Positions 1 to 10,331 of a DNA stretch of 64,000 nt are shown piece by piece. The stretch comes from Armatimonadota bacterium (GTDB lineage: Bacteria; Armatimonadota; HRBIN16). A model generated the notes under the pieces. The model was not told the DNA's origin, searched no databases, and saw only the letters and a list, made by a program, of their open reading frames with translations. Positions within the stretch are counted from its first letter, which is position 1. Every line of letters starts with the position of its first letter. The stretch is taken from positions 96,001-160,000 of the forward strand of contig OY781964.1 of NCBI GenBank assembly GCA_963677485.1, given 5' to 3'. The translations under genes and the position numbers were made by a program.

Positions 1-40
1 CGCCCTGTATGTATGCGGTTGAAATGTAGTAGCTGCACCC

Positions 41-91
41 AGACTGCTTCAGCAGGCTTATTGATCAATAGCCGAGACATTTATGTCGCGG
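41..91 (+). repeat. Dispersed palindromic repeat (AGnCTGCTTCAGCAGnCTT...TCAATAGCCGAGACAnnnATGTCGCGG family), uninterrupted copy
   Basis: Near-identical to 41471-41522 (reverse strand) and to 41557-41577 joined to 43393-43423 (split by IS110). Confidence 0.75.
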
Positions 92-157
92 AGCCGGAGG
101 TCATAAGCCTGTTGTTCATTTGTGGGTAATAGACAGGTATTCAGATACGGAGACCGC

Positions 158-655
158 TTACCTTATGTCAATTGGTCCGGAGATGTCGATGTGTTCGCCG
201 ATACTATCGACCTTCTTGCCTTCAACTGTGATCTGCAGCTTGCTGATCTCAGGAAACTGGGCGATAGTCTTCTTCAGGCTGTTCAGCAACGCGGCTTCCT
301 CGGAGCTGCCGCCCTGAAAGTTCCGCACCAGCTCTTTGCTGAAATCCAGAGTCACCAGACTACCTTTTTCGGTTGAGCCTAACAGACGGGTTCCAGAGGG
401 AAATGGGCTGTCACGAGTGACCAGAAGATGCTCTATGGCCACCTGCAGCGCGTCTTTACCCTCTGGCACCTTCACTTCTTTGCTCACAAAAGTTTCCTCG
501 CCCTTTTCCACTACCGGCGTCACCACAGATACCGTGGGAGCGGTCGGTGGGGTGACTACTGGCTTAGCCGGCGGTCTGGAAACCCAGAAGTAGCTTCCGA
601 TGAACGCAACGGCCGCGATCGCAATGATGACAATGACGTTTCTGACGGTTTTCAT
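158..655 (-). CDS. GerMN (sporulation/germination) domain membrane-anchored protein
   Basis: N-terminal TM helix; FPSGTRLLG, VTLDFSKEL, GGSSEE, TIAQFPEISKLQITVEG motifs typical of GerMN; directly downstream of amidase. Confidence 0.85.
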   Translation of the reverse strand: MKTVRNVIVIIAIAAVAFIGSYFWVSRPPAKPVVTPPTAPTVSVVTPVVEKGEETFVSKEVKVPEGKDALQVAIEHLLVTRDSPFPSGTRLLGSTEKGSLVTLDFSKELVRNFQGGSSEEAALLNSLKKTIAQFPEISKLQITVEGKKVDSIGEHIDISGPIDIR

Positions 656-657
656 CT

Positions 658-2376
658 CTACTCCCCTATATTTTCTGGATTCTGCAGATCACCATGTGGT
701 GCAGGTTTGGCAGGCACGATGTCCTTCGGCCGTGACTTTGGCTTAGGGTCGACCTTAGGAACCGGCTTCACTTCGGGCTTGATATCCGGAATAACCTCAG
801 GTTTTGGTGTGACGGCAGGGACGGTAGTGGTGACCGTATCTGTGCTGACTGGGTCTTGCACAGCCAACTCCTTGGTCGGGATGACCGGGGCGACTTCGGT
901 GCCTGCCAGATACCCCTCAACAGCCGCAGCGATCGCATTGGCCACACGGTTCTGCCAAGCGGGGTCAACCAGCTTCGATCGATCGGCGGCATTGTTAATA
1001 AACGCCGTCTCCAAAAGCATCGATGGCACCTGACTTCGCCGCAAGACCGCAAAACCCGTGGCATAAACCTGAGTATCCGAGCGCACACCACGGCTGGGCA
1101 TGCCACTAGCGGATGTCACACCGCGCAAAACAGCCTGGGCCAGTGCCCTGCCATCTCCATCCTGTGCGTGGAAATAGCTAGTGGAGCCGGAGGCACTATT
1201 CACCTTTTGGTTACTGTCACAATGGATGCTGATGAACATATTGGCGGCCTGCTCCACAGCAAACGAAGGACGCCTGTCCAGTTCCACAAACTGATCACCT
1301 TCACGTGTCATGACCACATCAGCGCCACGCGCCTTGAGTGCATCGGCCAGTTTACGACCGATCGCCAGGGTCACATCCTTCTCCATCACCGACTCACTGT
1401 TGCCGCGACCCACCGCACCTGCGGAGAATCCGCCATGGCCAGGGTCGATACATATCTTGGTGCCCTTCATCTGTCCCATACCCGGTTTTGGTGTGCGCAT
1501 TACCAACACCACGGTATCGGAAGGCATGGTCACCGGGATGTCCACGGCACAAGGCTTACGGCTGGCAAACACCATACCGATGGTTCGCTTGGCCGGAACC
1601 GGTGCTACCAGATAGCGGTCCACCAATGGATGAGAGATCGGTTTGTTGATCTGCAGTCCAGGTGCCACAAGGCAACTTGTCAACTCCAGCTTAACCCCGT
1701 ATCCGTCATCCAGAGCGCGTAGTTTGGGCGACACAGGGCTGTCGAACTGCATGATGAGTTTAGCTTCGCTACCACTGGTATCCCAATTGAAACTTATCAT
1801 CTGAGCCACACCGGCCATGTTAGCCTTCGGAGGTGACGGTGGATTATTGGAGTCCAAGGTAGTCGTCGCCGGTACAGGGGGAAGCTTCGGTGCAGGCGCG
1901 ACTATCTTCGCAGCCTTCACAGGCGGGATATTGATCTTTGTAGAAGGCAGATCACTACCCAGGTGCAGCGTGGCCGATTGCTTATCGGCACTCACATCCA
2001 TTGAGTATGCGGTGGCACCCTTCAAATCAACCACCACACGTGCAATCTGCTCCGTGAACTGCCCCAGGCGTACACTCTTGACCGTTGCTGGTTGGTCGGT
2101 AGGTAGTTTGATGTTATTCATACTGGCTTGACATGGCTGGATATCTACCATCAACCTGTACGGGCTGCTCAGGGACCGGGCAGTAAACTGGACCTCGCCA
2201 CTACAGGAGATTTGCAGCGCACCATTGACCCACGTAATAGACGTAATCTTTTGTTGAGGCGCCGTGCCGCTCTGCGCAAAAGCCACCGAACAATGAACGA
2301 TCAACACCAATGCGAGCATGAACCTGCCGAATCCCTGCAAAACGTGATACCTCCAGATAGTGCACCCAAACAGCAC
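658..2376 (-). CDS. N-acetylmuramoyl-L-alanine amidase with AMIN domain
   Basis: Signal peptide, AMIN-like SPYRLMVDI/VRLGQF..ARVVVDL, Amidase_3 motifs IDPGHGG, EKDVTL, FISIHCD, LLETAFI; start uncertain. Confidence 0.92.
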   Translation of the reverse strand: MLFGCTIWRYHVLQGFGRFMLALVLIVHCSVAFAQSGTAPQQKITSITWVNGALQISCSGEVQFTARSLSSPYRLMVDIQPCQASMNNIKLPTDQPATVKSVRLGQFTEQIARVVVDLKGATAYSMDVSADKQSATLHLGSDLPSTKINIPPVKAAKIVAPAPKLPPVPATTTLDSNNPPSPPKANMAGVAQMISFNWDTSGSEAKLIMQFDSPVSPKLRALDDGYGVKLELTSCLVAPGLQINKPISHPLVDRYLVAPVPAKRTIGMVFASRKPCAVDIPVTMPSDTVVLVMRTPKPGMGQMKGTKICIDPGHGGFSAGAVGRGNSESVMEKDVTLAIGRKLADALKARGADVVMTREGDQFVELDRRPSFAVEQAANMFISIHCDSNQKVNSASGSTSYFHAQDGDGRALAQAVLRGVTSASGMPSRGVRSDTQVYATGFAVLRRSQVPSMLLETAFINNAADRSKLVDPAWQNRVANAIAAAVEGYLAGTEVAPVIPTKELAVQDPVSTDTVTTTVPAVTPKPEVIPDIKPEVKPVPKVDPKPKSRPKDIVPAKPAPHGDLQNPENIGE

Positions 2377-2445
2377 GGTTAGTGCTTATCTCCATGATAC
2401 ATCAAGCAGGGGCGAGTGCGTTTAGTTGGGAGCAGAAAAAAGATA

Positions 2446-2468
2446 AAGGGCGGAACAAGCCGCCCTTC
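2446..2468 (-). terminator. Probable intrinsic terminator
   Basis: AAGGGCGG-AACAAG-CCGCCCTT hairpin followed by T-rich run on minus strand. Confidence 0.6.
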
Positions 2469-2493
2469 GATTGGTTTGCCTAGTTACTAACTC

Positions 2494-2835
2494 TCACTCA
2501 AACCAGCTTTCGTCGACATTGACTACAGTCTTCGCGCCACCTGGCAACGCTACCAGTACGCTATTCTGTCCGTCCTCCACTTCGACCTCGCCGATTTTCC
2601 CCCAATATCCGGCTTCACTGCGTAGATATTTACTAATCGATTCGATGTCTTTGTTTTCGGCCTGGATAAACACCAGCTCTTTAGGTTCAGCGATTTCATC
2701 CTCGTCGGCGCTGCTGATTGGCCATTGTGGCCAATGCTTTACCCAGGTAGCCAGTTTCCCGTTGGTCAGACCGTGTTCTATCTCTTCGGTCTTCTCCATC
2801 GAATCCAATAAGAGATACAGCAATTGCATGGACAT
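2494..2835 (-). CDS. Hypothetical acidic protein, last gene of arsR-ATPase operon
   Basis: 113-aa ORF with GGAGGG RBS immediately after ATPase stop. Confidence 0.65.
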   Translation of the reverse strand: MSMQLLYLLLDSMEKTEEIEHGLTNGKLATWVKHWPQWPISSADEDEIAEPKELVFIQAENKDIESISKYLRSEAGYWGKIGEVEVEDGQNSVLVALPGGAKTVVNVDESWFE

Positions 2836-2855
2836 GATACGTAACCCTCCTAAGG

Positions 2856-4979
2856 TTATGCGGGTGCGTCTTGTCTAACACTGCCGCTCAATAGACGTAG
2901 CGAGTTGAGGATCACAATGACAGCGACACCGCTGTCCCCCAAAACCGCTGCCCATAATGGAACCTGCCCGATGGCGGCGAATACAAGCAGGACCAGTTTG
3001 GAGCCGATGGCGAAAATGATGTTCTGACGGATGATTTGCCGGGTATCTCGGCTCAAGAGGATTAAACGCGGTAGTAGTTCAATACGATCATTCATTAGTG
3101 CGATATCAGCCACTTCAATGGCAATATCGCTGCCGATCGCTGCCATCGCTACGCCCACGTCCGCCGTCTTCAAAGCCGGTGCGTCGTTGACTCCGTCGCC
3201 CACCATCACCACGCGCCCTACTTCCTCGCGTAGTTTCTTCACTTCGCTCCACTTTTCCTCTGGCAATAGTCCCGATTTACACTCTGAAATCCCGATTTCT
3301 TTCGCGATTTTTTCTGCGCCTTGTCTCTGATCACCCGTTAGCATCAGAAGACGCGAGAATCCAAGTCGTTTGAGCCGACTCACCGCATTTCGGGCTTCAG
3401 GTCGAGGACTATCTCCAATTTCAATGTACCCCATATTGAGGTCATTAAGTAATACGTAAACTGCACTATCTTTTGTTATTTCGTCGCGAATTTTAAGGAA
3501 ACTGGCCCGCCCTACGCGCAGTTCGCCAAACTCCGATTGCGCCGCCACACCAAGCCCGTGAAAAACCTGGTTATCATGGCAGGGCAGCAGGGTTACACCG
3601 CGCTGAACGGCCTCCTGGCGCAGCGCTTCGGCCAACGGATGGTTTGAGCCTTCCTCTGCACTGGCGGCAAGTTGCAGCAGTCGCTGCTCTGTCACACCGT
3701 CACGCGGCACCAGTCTGGTCACGCGCATTTTACCTGTGGTCAGAGTGCCAGTCTTGTCGAAAACCACCGCCTTCACTTCGGCCAGTGTTTCCAACACCAC
3801 ACCACCTTTGATCAGTGCTCCGAACTTGCTGGCCGCCCCCATCGCGGCGACGATCGCCACCGGGGTGCCTATCACCAGCGCGCAAGGGCATGATATCAAC
3901 AACATGCTGAGGGATCGCATGAACCACTCCTGCCATCCACCGCCGGCAAACAGCGGAGGCAACAACATCACCAGCAGAGCCAGCCCAATCACAATCGGGG
4001 TGTAGACAGCCGCAAAGCGGTCCACCATCCGTTCGACCGGTGCCTTGCTCTCCTGTGAGCTTTCCATGAGCTGGATGATGCGCGCAATGGCGGTCTGCTC
4101 ATACCCACGCGTGACCCGTATATCCAACTGCCCACCGATGTTGTGGCTGCCCGCATACACTACCGAGCCCGGCTGCACAGGCATCAACTGGCTCTCGCCG
4201 GTGATGGTGCTTTGGTCCAGCTCACTGCGGCCCGATACCACCTCACCATCCAATGGCAGTCGGTCACCAGCGCGCACACGGAACAGCTGCCCCACGTCCA
4301 TGCCTTCGGCCTGCACCGACACTGTGCTGCCATCAGGCTCCAACCGCAGAGCCGTTTCAGGGGCGGCCTTCAACAATCGGCTGACTTCTCTGCGGGTGCG
4401 CTCGGTGGCCATCAACTGCAGCCAGTTGCCGATGCCGAACAGCACCACCACGCTGGAAGCCTCCGCGTAGTCGCCTATTCCTGCCGCACCCAACGCCGCA
4501 AGACTCATCAGCACATTCATGTCCAGGCGTTTGTCCTTGATGCTCCCCCAGGCCTGCTCAAACACGCGCCAGCCAGCAAGCGGGATCGTGGCCAGGAAGC
4601 AGATCATCGAAGCCACAAGCATGGGCCAGAGATATCGTAAGACGGCTCCCACGCCCGACAACAGCACGGCCACCACCAGCATGATATTCGCCAGCCGATA
4701 TGGGTCGCCCTGCTCTGCGGTATTCCCGCCTACCAGCCGGTAGCCTATCTTCTTGGCCGCCAGGTGCAGAGCAGCTTCATCAGTGCCAGGGAGCAGTTCA
4801 GCACGTAAACGGGCGGAACCAAAGTCCACATTCACCTTCACCACACCAGGCAATTGCCCGATGGTGTGCTGAAGGTGCTGCGCGCATTCATTGCAGTCCA
4901 TGCCCTGCACCTCAAAGCGCAGACGACAGGTGGTTTCAGCTTCTTGTGGCTCTAAGGGGGGTGCCGTGGGGCTACTCAT
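2856..4979 (-). CDS. cadA: Heavy-metal (Zn/Cd/Pb) translocating P1B-type ATPase
   Basis: HMA GMDCNEC, TGES, CPC, DKTGT, HP, GDGVNDAP motifs; start at MSSPT overlapping arsR stop. Confidence 0.92.
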   Translation of the reverse strand: MSSPTAPPLEPQEAETTCRLRFEVQGMDCNECAQHLQHTIGQLPGVVKVNVDFGSARLRAELLPGTDEAALHLAAKKIGYRLVGGNTAEQGDPYRLANIMLVVAVLLSGVGAVLRYLWPMLVASMICFLATIPLAGWRVFEQAWGSIKDKRLDMNVLMSLAALGAAGIGDYAEASSVVVLFGIGNWLQLMATERTRREVSRLLKAAPETALRLEPDGSTVSVQAEGMDVGQLFRVRAGDRLPLDGEVVSGRSELDQSTITGESQLMPVQPGSVVYAGSHNIGGQLDIRVTRGYEQTAIARIIQLMESSQESKAPVERMVDRFAAVYTPIVIGLALLVMLLPPLFAGGGWQEWFMRSLSMLLISCPCALVIGTPVAIVAAMGAASKFGALIKGGVVLETLAEVKAVVFDKTGTLTTGKMRVTRLVPRDGVTEQRLLQLAASAEEGSNHPLAEALRQEAVQRGVTLLPCHDNQVFHGLGVAAQSEFGELRVGRASFLKIRDEITKDSAVYVLLNDLNMGYIEIGDSPRPEARNAVSRLKRLGFSRLLMLTGDQRQGAEKIAKEIGISECKSGLLPEEKWSEVKKLREEVGRVVMVGDGVNDAPALKTADVGVAMAAIGSDIAIEVADIALMNDRIELLPRLILLSRDTRQIIRQNIIFAIGSKLVLLVFAAIGQVPLWAAVLGDSGVAVIVILNSLRLLSGSVRQDAPA

Positions 4980-5268
4980 GTGATTCCTCCAGAGCGTGGT
5001 CGCGGGCCTGCTCGACGAGGCGGTAAACATGGTCGTCGTTCAACGTGTAGATGATATGCTGCCCCTGCCGCTGGTGGGTCACCAGCCGCAGCAGCCGCAG
5101 CGTGCGGAGCTGGTGCGAGGCGGCGCTCTCGCTGATGCCGGCCAGCTCGCTGAGTTCGTGTACGCATTTTGGGCCGTCCATCAGCGCGCCCACCAGTTTC
5201 AATCGTGTGGGGTCGCTCAGCGCCGCAAACATCTGCGCCATCGCCTCCCACGCCTTTTGGTTCTCCAT
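4972..5268 (-). CDS. ArsR/SmtB family metal-responsive repressor
   Basis: FAALSDPTRLKL, CVHEL, SAASHQLRTLR, C-terminal DDHV...DH alpha5 site. Confidence 0.93.
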   Translation of the reverse strand: MENQKAWEAMAQMFAALSDPTRLKLVGALMDGPKCVHELSELAGISESAASHQLRTLRLLRLVTHQRQGQHIIYTLNDDHVYRLVEQARDHALEESHE

Positions 5269-5282
5269 CGCATCACCTGAAT

Positions 5283-5302
5283 ATATGAGTATGTGTTCAT
5301 AT
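5283..5302. promoter_or_regulatory. Putative SmtB/CadC-type operator palindrome
   Basis: ATATGA-GTATGTGT-TCATAT inverted repeat just upstream of the arsR start. Confidence 0.7.
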
Positions 5303-5471
5303 GATACCAGATTATGTGGGATTCGCATCATGCATTTGGAGTTTTTGTGGTGATCGCATCCGACCCGTCCTACTCGTCGGACTCGTCATACAGGTCATAT
5401 GGGGTTGACCTTTTTCATAGGTGGGTATCAACCATACACTGGGGCGGCCAGGCGGCCGCCCCACGCAACCT

Positions 5472-7049
5472 CTAGTGCCTAAAGTGCCGCTTCCCGGTAA
5501 AGACCATCGCCAGGCCCAGCTTATCGGCGGCGGCGATGACCTCGCCGTCCTTCTTGCTGCCGCCCGGCTGGATCACGGCGGTGATACCCGCCGCAGCCGC
5601 GGTCTCGATGTTGTCCGGGAAGGGGAAGAAGGCGTCGCTGGCCAGCACAGCCCCATTGGAGAGCTCACCGGAGTGCTCCGCAGCCAGTCGCACAGACTGC
5701 ACGCGGTTCATCTGACCCGCACCGGCACCCACCAGCACACGGTCCTTCACAAACGCGATGGCGTTGGACTTCACGTGCTTCACGCATCGCCATGCGAACA
5801 GCAAGGACTCTATCTCTTCGGCGGTGGGCTGACGCTCCGTCACGACTTTCAGCTCTTCGGCGGAGGTCTGCGCCAGGTCGCGCTCCTGAACCAGCGCACC
5901 GCCGGTCAGACCGCGCACCACGAAGCCCTCAGCCGGCTTGCAGATGGGGCCGGTGACCATCAGCCGCAGATTAGCACCCCACTTCTTCTTGGTGGTGAGT
6001 ATCGTTACTGCCTCGTCGGAGAACGACGGCGCGATCACTACCTCCAGGAAGGTGTTTGGCGCGGTGATCTCATTCGCGATGTCCGCATCAATCGGCACAT
6101 TCAACGCCAGGATTCCGCCAAACGCGCTGATAGGGTCAGCATTGCGTGCCGCCTTCACGGCTTCTACGGCAGAGGCGCGCTGGGCGATACCGCATGGGTT
6201 GGTGTGTTTCACGATCACGCAGGTGGGTTCCTCACCCGCCCACTCTTTCACAGCTTCCAGCGCGGCATCGGCGTCCAGGTAGTTGTTGTAGCTGAGTGCC
6301 TTGCCTTCCAGGGTCTGGGCGTTGGCCACGCTGCTCTCCTTGAAGCCAGGATAGCGGTAGAAGGCAGCCTTCTGGTGCGGGTTCTCACCGTAGCGCAACT
6401 CCGCCGCCTTGCGCATCGGCACGGTCAGCTCACCGGGGAACTGCTCATCCGGGCTGTATTTCGACCGCAGGAATGCGGCGATCTGGGCGTCGTAAAAACT
6501 GGTGTGAGCATATGCCTTCACGCACAGCTTCTGGCGGGTTTCCAGCCCCAGCGCACCGTCGTTGGCATCGAGTTCCGCCATGATCGCCGCGTAGTCGGAG
6601 GGGTCCGTCACCACCGCCACGGCGTGATGGTTCTTCGCGGCGCTGCGCACCATGCTGGGTCCGCCGATGTCGATATTCTCCACCGCATCGTCGATGCTCA
6701 CATCGGGCTTCGCCACGGTGCTCTCAAACGGGTAGAGGTTCACGCACACCAGGTCGATGGGCTCGTAACCCATGCCCGCCAGTGCCTCCATATGGGCCGG
6801 CTTGCGGCGGTCGGCCAGCAGTCCGCCATGCACCGCGGGGTGAAGCGTCTTCACGCGGCCGTCCATCATCTCCGGGAAGCCGGTGATCTGGTCGATGGGG
6901 ATCACTTGGATGCCCGCCTCGGTCAGAGCCTTGGCGGTTCCGCCGGTGGAGATCATCACCACGCCACGGTCGGCCAGTGCTTTGGCGAAGGATACGAGTC
7001 CGGTTTTATCACTCACGCTCAGAAGAGCGCGCTTTATGGTCACATTCAT
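5472..7049 (-). CDS. purH: Bifunctional AICAR transformylase/IMP cyclohydrolase
   Basis: RALLSVSDKTG, GRVKTLHP, IDIGGPSM, RYGENPHQ, KHVKSNAI, ASDAFFPF, RHFRH. Confidence 0.98.
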   Translation of the reverse strand: MNVTIKRALLSVSDKTGLVSFAKALADRGVVMISTGGTAKALTEAGIQVIPIDQITGFPEMMDGRVKTLHPAVHGGLLADRRKPAHMEALAGMGYEPIDLVCVNLYPFESTVAKPDVSIDDAVENIDIGGPSMVRSAAKNHHAVAVVTDPSDYAAIMAELDANDGALGLETRQKLCVKAYAHTSFYDAQIAAFLRSKYSPDEQFPGELTVPMRKAAELRYGENPHQKAAFYRYPGFKESSVANAQTLEGKALSYNNYLDADAALEAVKEWAGEEPTCVIVKHTNPCGIAQRASAVEAVKAARNADPISAFGGILALNVPIDADIANEITAPNTFLEVVIAPSFSDEAVTILTTKKKWGANLRLMVTGPICKPAEGFVVRGLTGGALVQERDLAQTSAEELKVVTERQPTAEEIESLLFAWRCVKHVKSNAIAFVKDRVLVGAGAGQMNRVQSVRLAAEHSGELSNGAVLASDAFFPFPDNIETAAAAGITAVIQPGGSKKDGEVIAAADKLGLAMVFTGKRHFRH

Positions 7050-7111
7050 TTTTGGTTGTCTCCGATTTCTATAGGATATTGGCTGGTATCATGGTTAGTT
7101 TGTTCTGGATG

Positions 7112-7135
7112 AGGGCGGGGTGACCCCGCCCCTAC
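7112..7135 (-). repeat. GTAG-type REP hairpin
   Basis: Minus strand GTAGGGGCGGGGTCACCCCGCCCT: GTAG followed by a GC-rich palindrome. Confidence 0.7.
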
Positions 7136-7180
7136 GGTTACCTGGGCACGCTAATCTCCCGATTGGCATTTCTCGTCCCT

Positions 7181-7264
7181 ATCCGCGTTCATCCGTGTAA
7201 TCCGCGTCATCCGTGGTTCAGACAATACGGAATCCGAGTCCATCCGTGTCATCCGCGGTTCAGA
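7181..7264 (+). repeat. Imperfect 9-10 bp tandem repeats (ATCCGyGTn) ending in GGTTCAGA, two blocks
   Basis: atccgcgttc atccgtgta atccgcgtc atccgtggttcaga; related inverted copy at 41381-41425. Confidence 0.75.
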
Positions 7265-7329
7265 AGTCACGCCCAGGTTCCAGAAAACCACAAAGGCGAG
7301 GCCAATTGCCTCGCCCTTGCGTAGTTGTG

Positions 7330-9444
7330 TTACAGGGACAGTTTGCTGAACTCCGCAAACTTTCGGAACATGGCATCGGCTGAGGCCAGGATCACCAGAC
7401 GGTTCTTCTTCACCTCGGCATCATCGTCCATCACCTTCACGTCATCAAAGAAGGTATTGACGGGCCCCACTAGATGCTGCAGCGCAGACAGAAGTGCTCC
7501 GGCATCTTCAGCGTGGACGGCCTGATGGATCAACGGACGGGTTTCCTTGATGGCTTGAAGCAACGCCTTCTCGGCATCTTTATCCAGTTTGGATGAATTC
7601 ACCTGATCCCACCAGCATTTTGGGCAGCCGGCTGCGGTTGTGTCCACCAAACTGCTGGCTTCGCCGCTCTTCAGGATGTTCCGCACGCGGGTCGCCGCCT
7701 GAACCAGCGGGATGAGTGTGTCCATCTCTGCCGTTCGCAGAACAGTGCCCTTGGCACGCGTATAACGTGGTTCGAGGTTGTCGACAAGCAGTGCCTGCAT
7801 CTGGTCGTTGTTGCAGCCGTCTTCTTCCAGGATCACTCCCAGACGACCCGCACACAGCTCCAACAGCAGTTGAACCCCTTCTTCGCTGACCTCAATCCCC
7901 TGTGTTTTGTACACATTGACGGCAGAATTGACTAGACTGCACAGCTCAGGCATATGCGGATGAGCGCTCAGAAGGTTCAGCAAGCCCTGTGCAGCGCGTC
8001 GAAGACCAAATGGGTCTCCAGAGCCCTTGGGCACGATCTTCTGCGCGCACACATAACCCACCAGGGTATCGGCGCGGTCCAGTGCCGCCAGGAAACGGCC
8101 CAGATCACTTCCAGGCAATGCTCCACCAGCACCGCGAGGCAGGTAGTGCTCCAGAATCGCCTCGGCGACCTCCGCCTTCTCTCCACTACGCAGGGCGTAT
8201 TCCCGTCCCACATAGCCCTGAAGTGCCGGCAGCTCCATCACCATCTCGGTGGCCTGGTCTGCTTTACATAGCTCCGCAGCGCGCACCGCATCAGCTTCCT
8301 CAACACCCACCAGCTCAGCATACTGCCCTGCCAGTGCCATCAGCCGCTGGGTCTTCGCCAGCAGCGTGCCCAGCTTCTCCTGGAACACCATGCGCTCCAG
8401 TTTCGGAACAAACTCCTCAAACTTGTGGGCCAGGTCGCGTTCGAAGAAGAAACGGGCGTCATTGAACCGGGCACGAAGCACCGTCTCATAGCCTTCTTTC
8501 ACGATCTGAAGGTGGTCAGAGTTTCCATTTCGGATCGCCACAAAGGCGTTGATCAACGCACCCTCGGCGTTGCGCAGCGGAAAATACCGCTGATGCTTCT
8601 TCATGGCGGTAATCAGCACCACATCGGGAAGCTCCAGATACTCTTCCTCGAATTTACCAACCACAGCGGTGGGATACTCCACCAGGTTGGTCACCTCTTC
8701 GAGGAGCTCTTGCAGATGGTCGGCTTCCCAGGCCACACTGGCCCCAGCCGCGGCGGCGACTGCATTCGCCTGCTCGACGATCATCTTCTGACGGGTATCC
8801 TGATCCACAATCACATAAGCCGACTCAAGGCTCTTCGCGTAGTCCGTGATGCACTTGATCTCCACAGGCTGCAGGTGCAGGAAGCGATGTCCCTTGCTGT
8901 TGCGTCCGCTGACCACGCCTTCGATCTCGATGGGCAGCACATCATCGCCGCAGAGCGCCACCATCCAACGGATAGGTCGCACAAAGCGGATGCTGCTCCA
9001 TCCCCAGCGCATCATCTTGGGGAAGGTCAGGCCCTTCAGCACATCGGGCACCATCTCAGCGAAGACATCGCCGGAGGGACGACCCTTCTCGAACACGTCC
9101 ACGGCTACATAGGAGCCCTGCGGAGTCTCCACCAGCTTCAGCGCGCTCACATCCACGCCCTGCTTTTTCGCAAAGCCCATGGCGGCGGGAGTCGGCTTGC
9201 CCTCTTTGAAGGCCACCTGTGCAGACGGTCCCTTGTTTTCACGCGTGACATCGGCCTGGTTCGAGGCCACACCGTTCACCTTGATCACCAGCCGGCGAGG
9301 GGTATGGTAGCCCTCAATCGCCTCAAAACTCACCCGGGCGTCAGCTAGTTTCTGGGCGAAAGCCGTCTTCATCTGTGAGATAGCCAGTGGCTGGCTGTTG
9401 ACTGGCACCTCTTCGGTGCCGATTTCCAGTAGTATATCAGCCAT
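7330..9444 (-). CDS. glyS: Glycine--tRNA ligase beta subunit
   Basis: LLEIGTEE, TPRRL, FVRPIRW, HQRYFP, DPFGLRR, C-terminal anticodon-binding domain. Confidence 0.96.
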   Translation of the reverse strand: MADILLEIGTEEVPVNSQPLAISQMKTAFAQKLADARVSFEAIEGYHTPRRLVIKVNGVASNQADVTRENKGPSAQVAFKEGKPTPAAMGFAKKQGVDVSALKLVETPQGSYVAVDVFEKGRPSGDVFAEMVPDVLKGLTFPKMMRWGWSSIRFVRPIRWMVALCGDDVLPIEIEGVVSGRNSKGHRFLHLQPVEIKCITDYAKSLESAYVIVDQDTRQKMIVEQANAVAAAAGASVAWEADHLQELLEEVTNLVEYPTAVVGKFEEEYLELPDVVLITAMKKHQRYFPLRNAEGALINAFVAIRNGNSDHLQIVKEGYETVLRARFNDARFFFERDLAHKFEEFVPKLERMVFQEKLGTLLAKTQRLMALAGQYAELVGVEEADAVRAAELCKADQATEMVMELPALQGYVGREYALRSGEKAEVAEAILEHYLPRGAGGALPGSDLGRFLAALDRADTLVGYVCAQKIVPKGSGDPFGLRRAAQGLLNLLSAHPHMPELCSLVNSAVNVYKTQGIEVSEEGVQLLLELCAGRLGVILEEDGCNNDQMQALLVDNLEPRYTRAKGTVLRTAEMDTLIPLVQAATRVRNILKSGEASSLVDTTAAGCPKCWWDQVNSSKLDKDAEKALLQAIKETRPLIHQAVHAEDAGALLSALQHLVGPVNTFFDDVKVMDDDAEVKKNRLVILASADAMFRKFAEFSKLSL

Positions 9445-10331
9445 TAGTTGGCTCCCCCCTCTTTGCCTTTCAGCAACGGCCAACCGGCCGCCTCACGGCG
9501 TTCTATCCACTTCATACAGCAGGTGCGGCTCAGCGCGCGGATGCGGTTAATGAAGCTGGCTCGCTCGGTTACCGAGATACTGCCGCGGGCATCGAGAAGG
9601 TTGAAGACGTGGCTGGTCTTCAGCGCGAGGTCGAAAGCCGGGTAAACCCTGCCCTCAGCACACACACGCTTACTCTCCGATTCAAACTGGTCGAACATGC
9701 CAAACAGCACGTCGGTATTGGCGATTTCAAAGTTGTAGAAGTTGTTGTCCACTTCGGCCTCAAACTCCACATCGCCGTAAGTCACGCCATGCGCCCATTC
9801 CAGTTCCCAAATGCTGTTGGCCTTCTGCAGGCACATCGCCAGGCGCTCTGTTCCGTAGGTAATCTCAGAACAGACCGGCTTGCATTCGACGCCGCCCATC
9901 TGCTGGAAGAAGGTAAACTGGGTGATTTCAGTGCCGTCAAGCCACACTTCCCAGCCTACACCAGAGGCGCCAAGCGTCGGAGCCTCCCAGTCGTCCTCGA
10001 CCAGCCGAATATCGTGCTGCAGTGGGTCAATGCCCAGCGCACGCAGGCTGTCCATGTAGAGGTCCACGATGTTATCAGGCGCGGGTTTCATGATGACTTG
10101 ATATTGATAGTAATGCTGCACGCGCATGGGGTTGCGGCCGTAACGGCCATCCGCTGGGCGGCGTGAGGGCTGCACATAAGCCACATTCCACGGCTCGGGT
10201 CCGAGGCTTCGCAGCGTGGTGTATGGTGAGTTGGTTCCAGCACCGACCTCCACATCATACGGTTGCATGATGAGGCAGCCTTGCTTGGACCAATAGTTCT
10301 CTAAAGTGAGTAGCAGGTCCTGGAAGGTCAT
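9444..10331 (-). CDS. glyQ: Glycine--tRNA ligase alpha subunit
   Basis: [48 protein letters not shown]. Confidence 0.98.
   Translation of the reverse strand: MTFQDLLLTLENYWSKQGCLIMQPYDVEVGAGTNSPYTTLRSLGPEPWNVAYVQPSRRPADGRYGRNPMRVQHYYQYQVIMKPAPDNIVDLYMDSLRALGIDPLQHDIRLVEDDWEAPTLGASGVGWEVWLDGTEITQFTFFQQMGGVECKPVCSEITYGTERLAMCLQKANSIWELEWAHGVTYGDVEFEAEVDNNFYNFEIANTDVLFGMFDQFESESKRVCAEGRVYPAFDLALKTSHVFNLLDARGSISVTERASFINRIRALSRTCCMKWIERREAAGWPLLKGKEGGAN

Noticed and set aside
5421-7112. Long plus-strand ORF (563 aa) and similar antisense ORFs elsewhere
   Set aside because: Shadow frames of high-GC genes such as purH and glyS; no protein-like motifs
7181-7264. CRISPR array
   Set aside because: Short 9-10 bp tandem units without unique spacers; no cas genes in the window
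7050-7330. ZMP/ZTP riboswitch upstream of purH
   Set aside because: CCTGGGCA occurs only on the wrong strand and the rest of the consensus is missing; the region is explained by repeats
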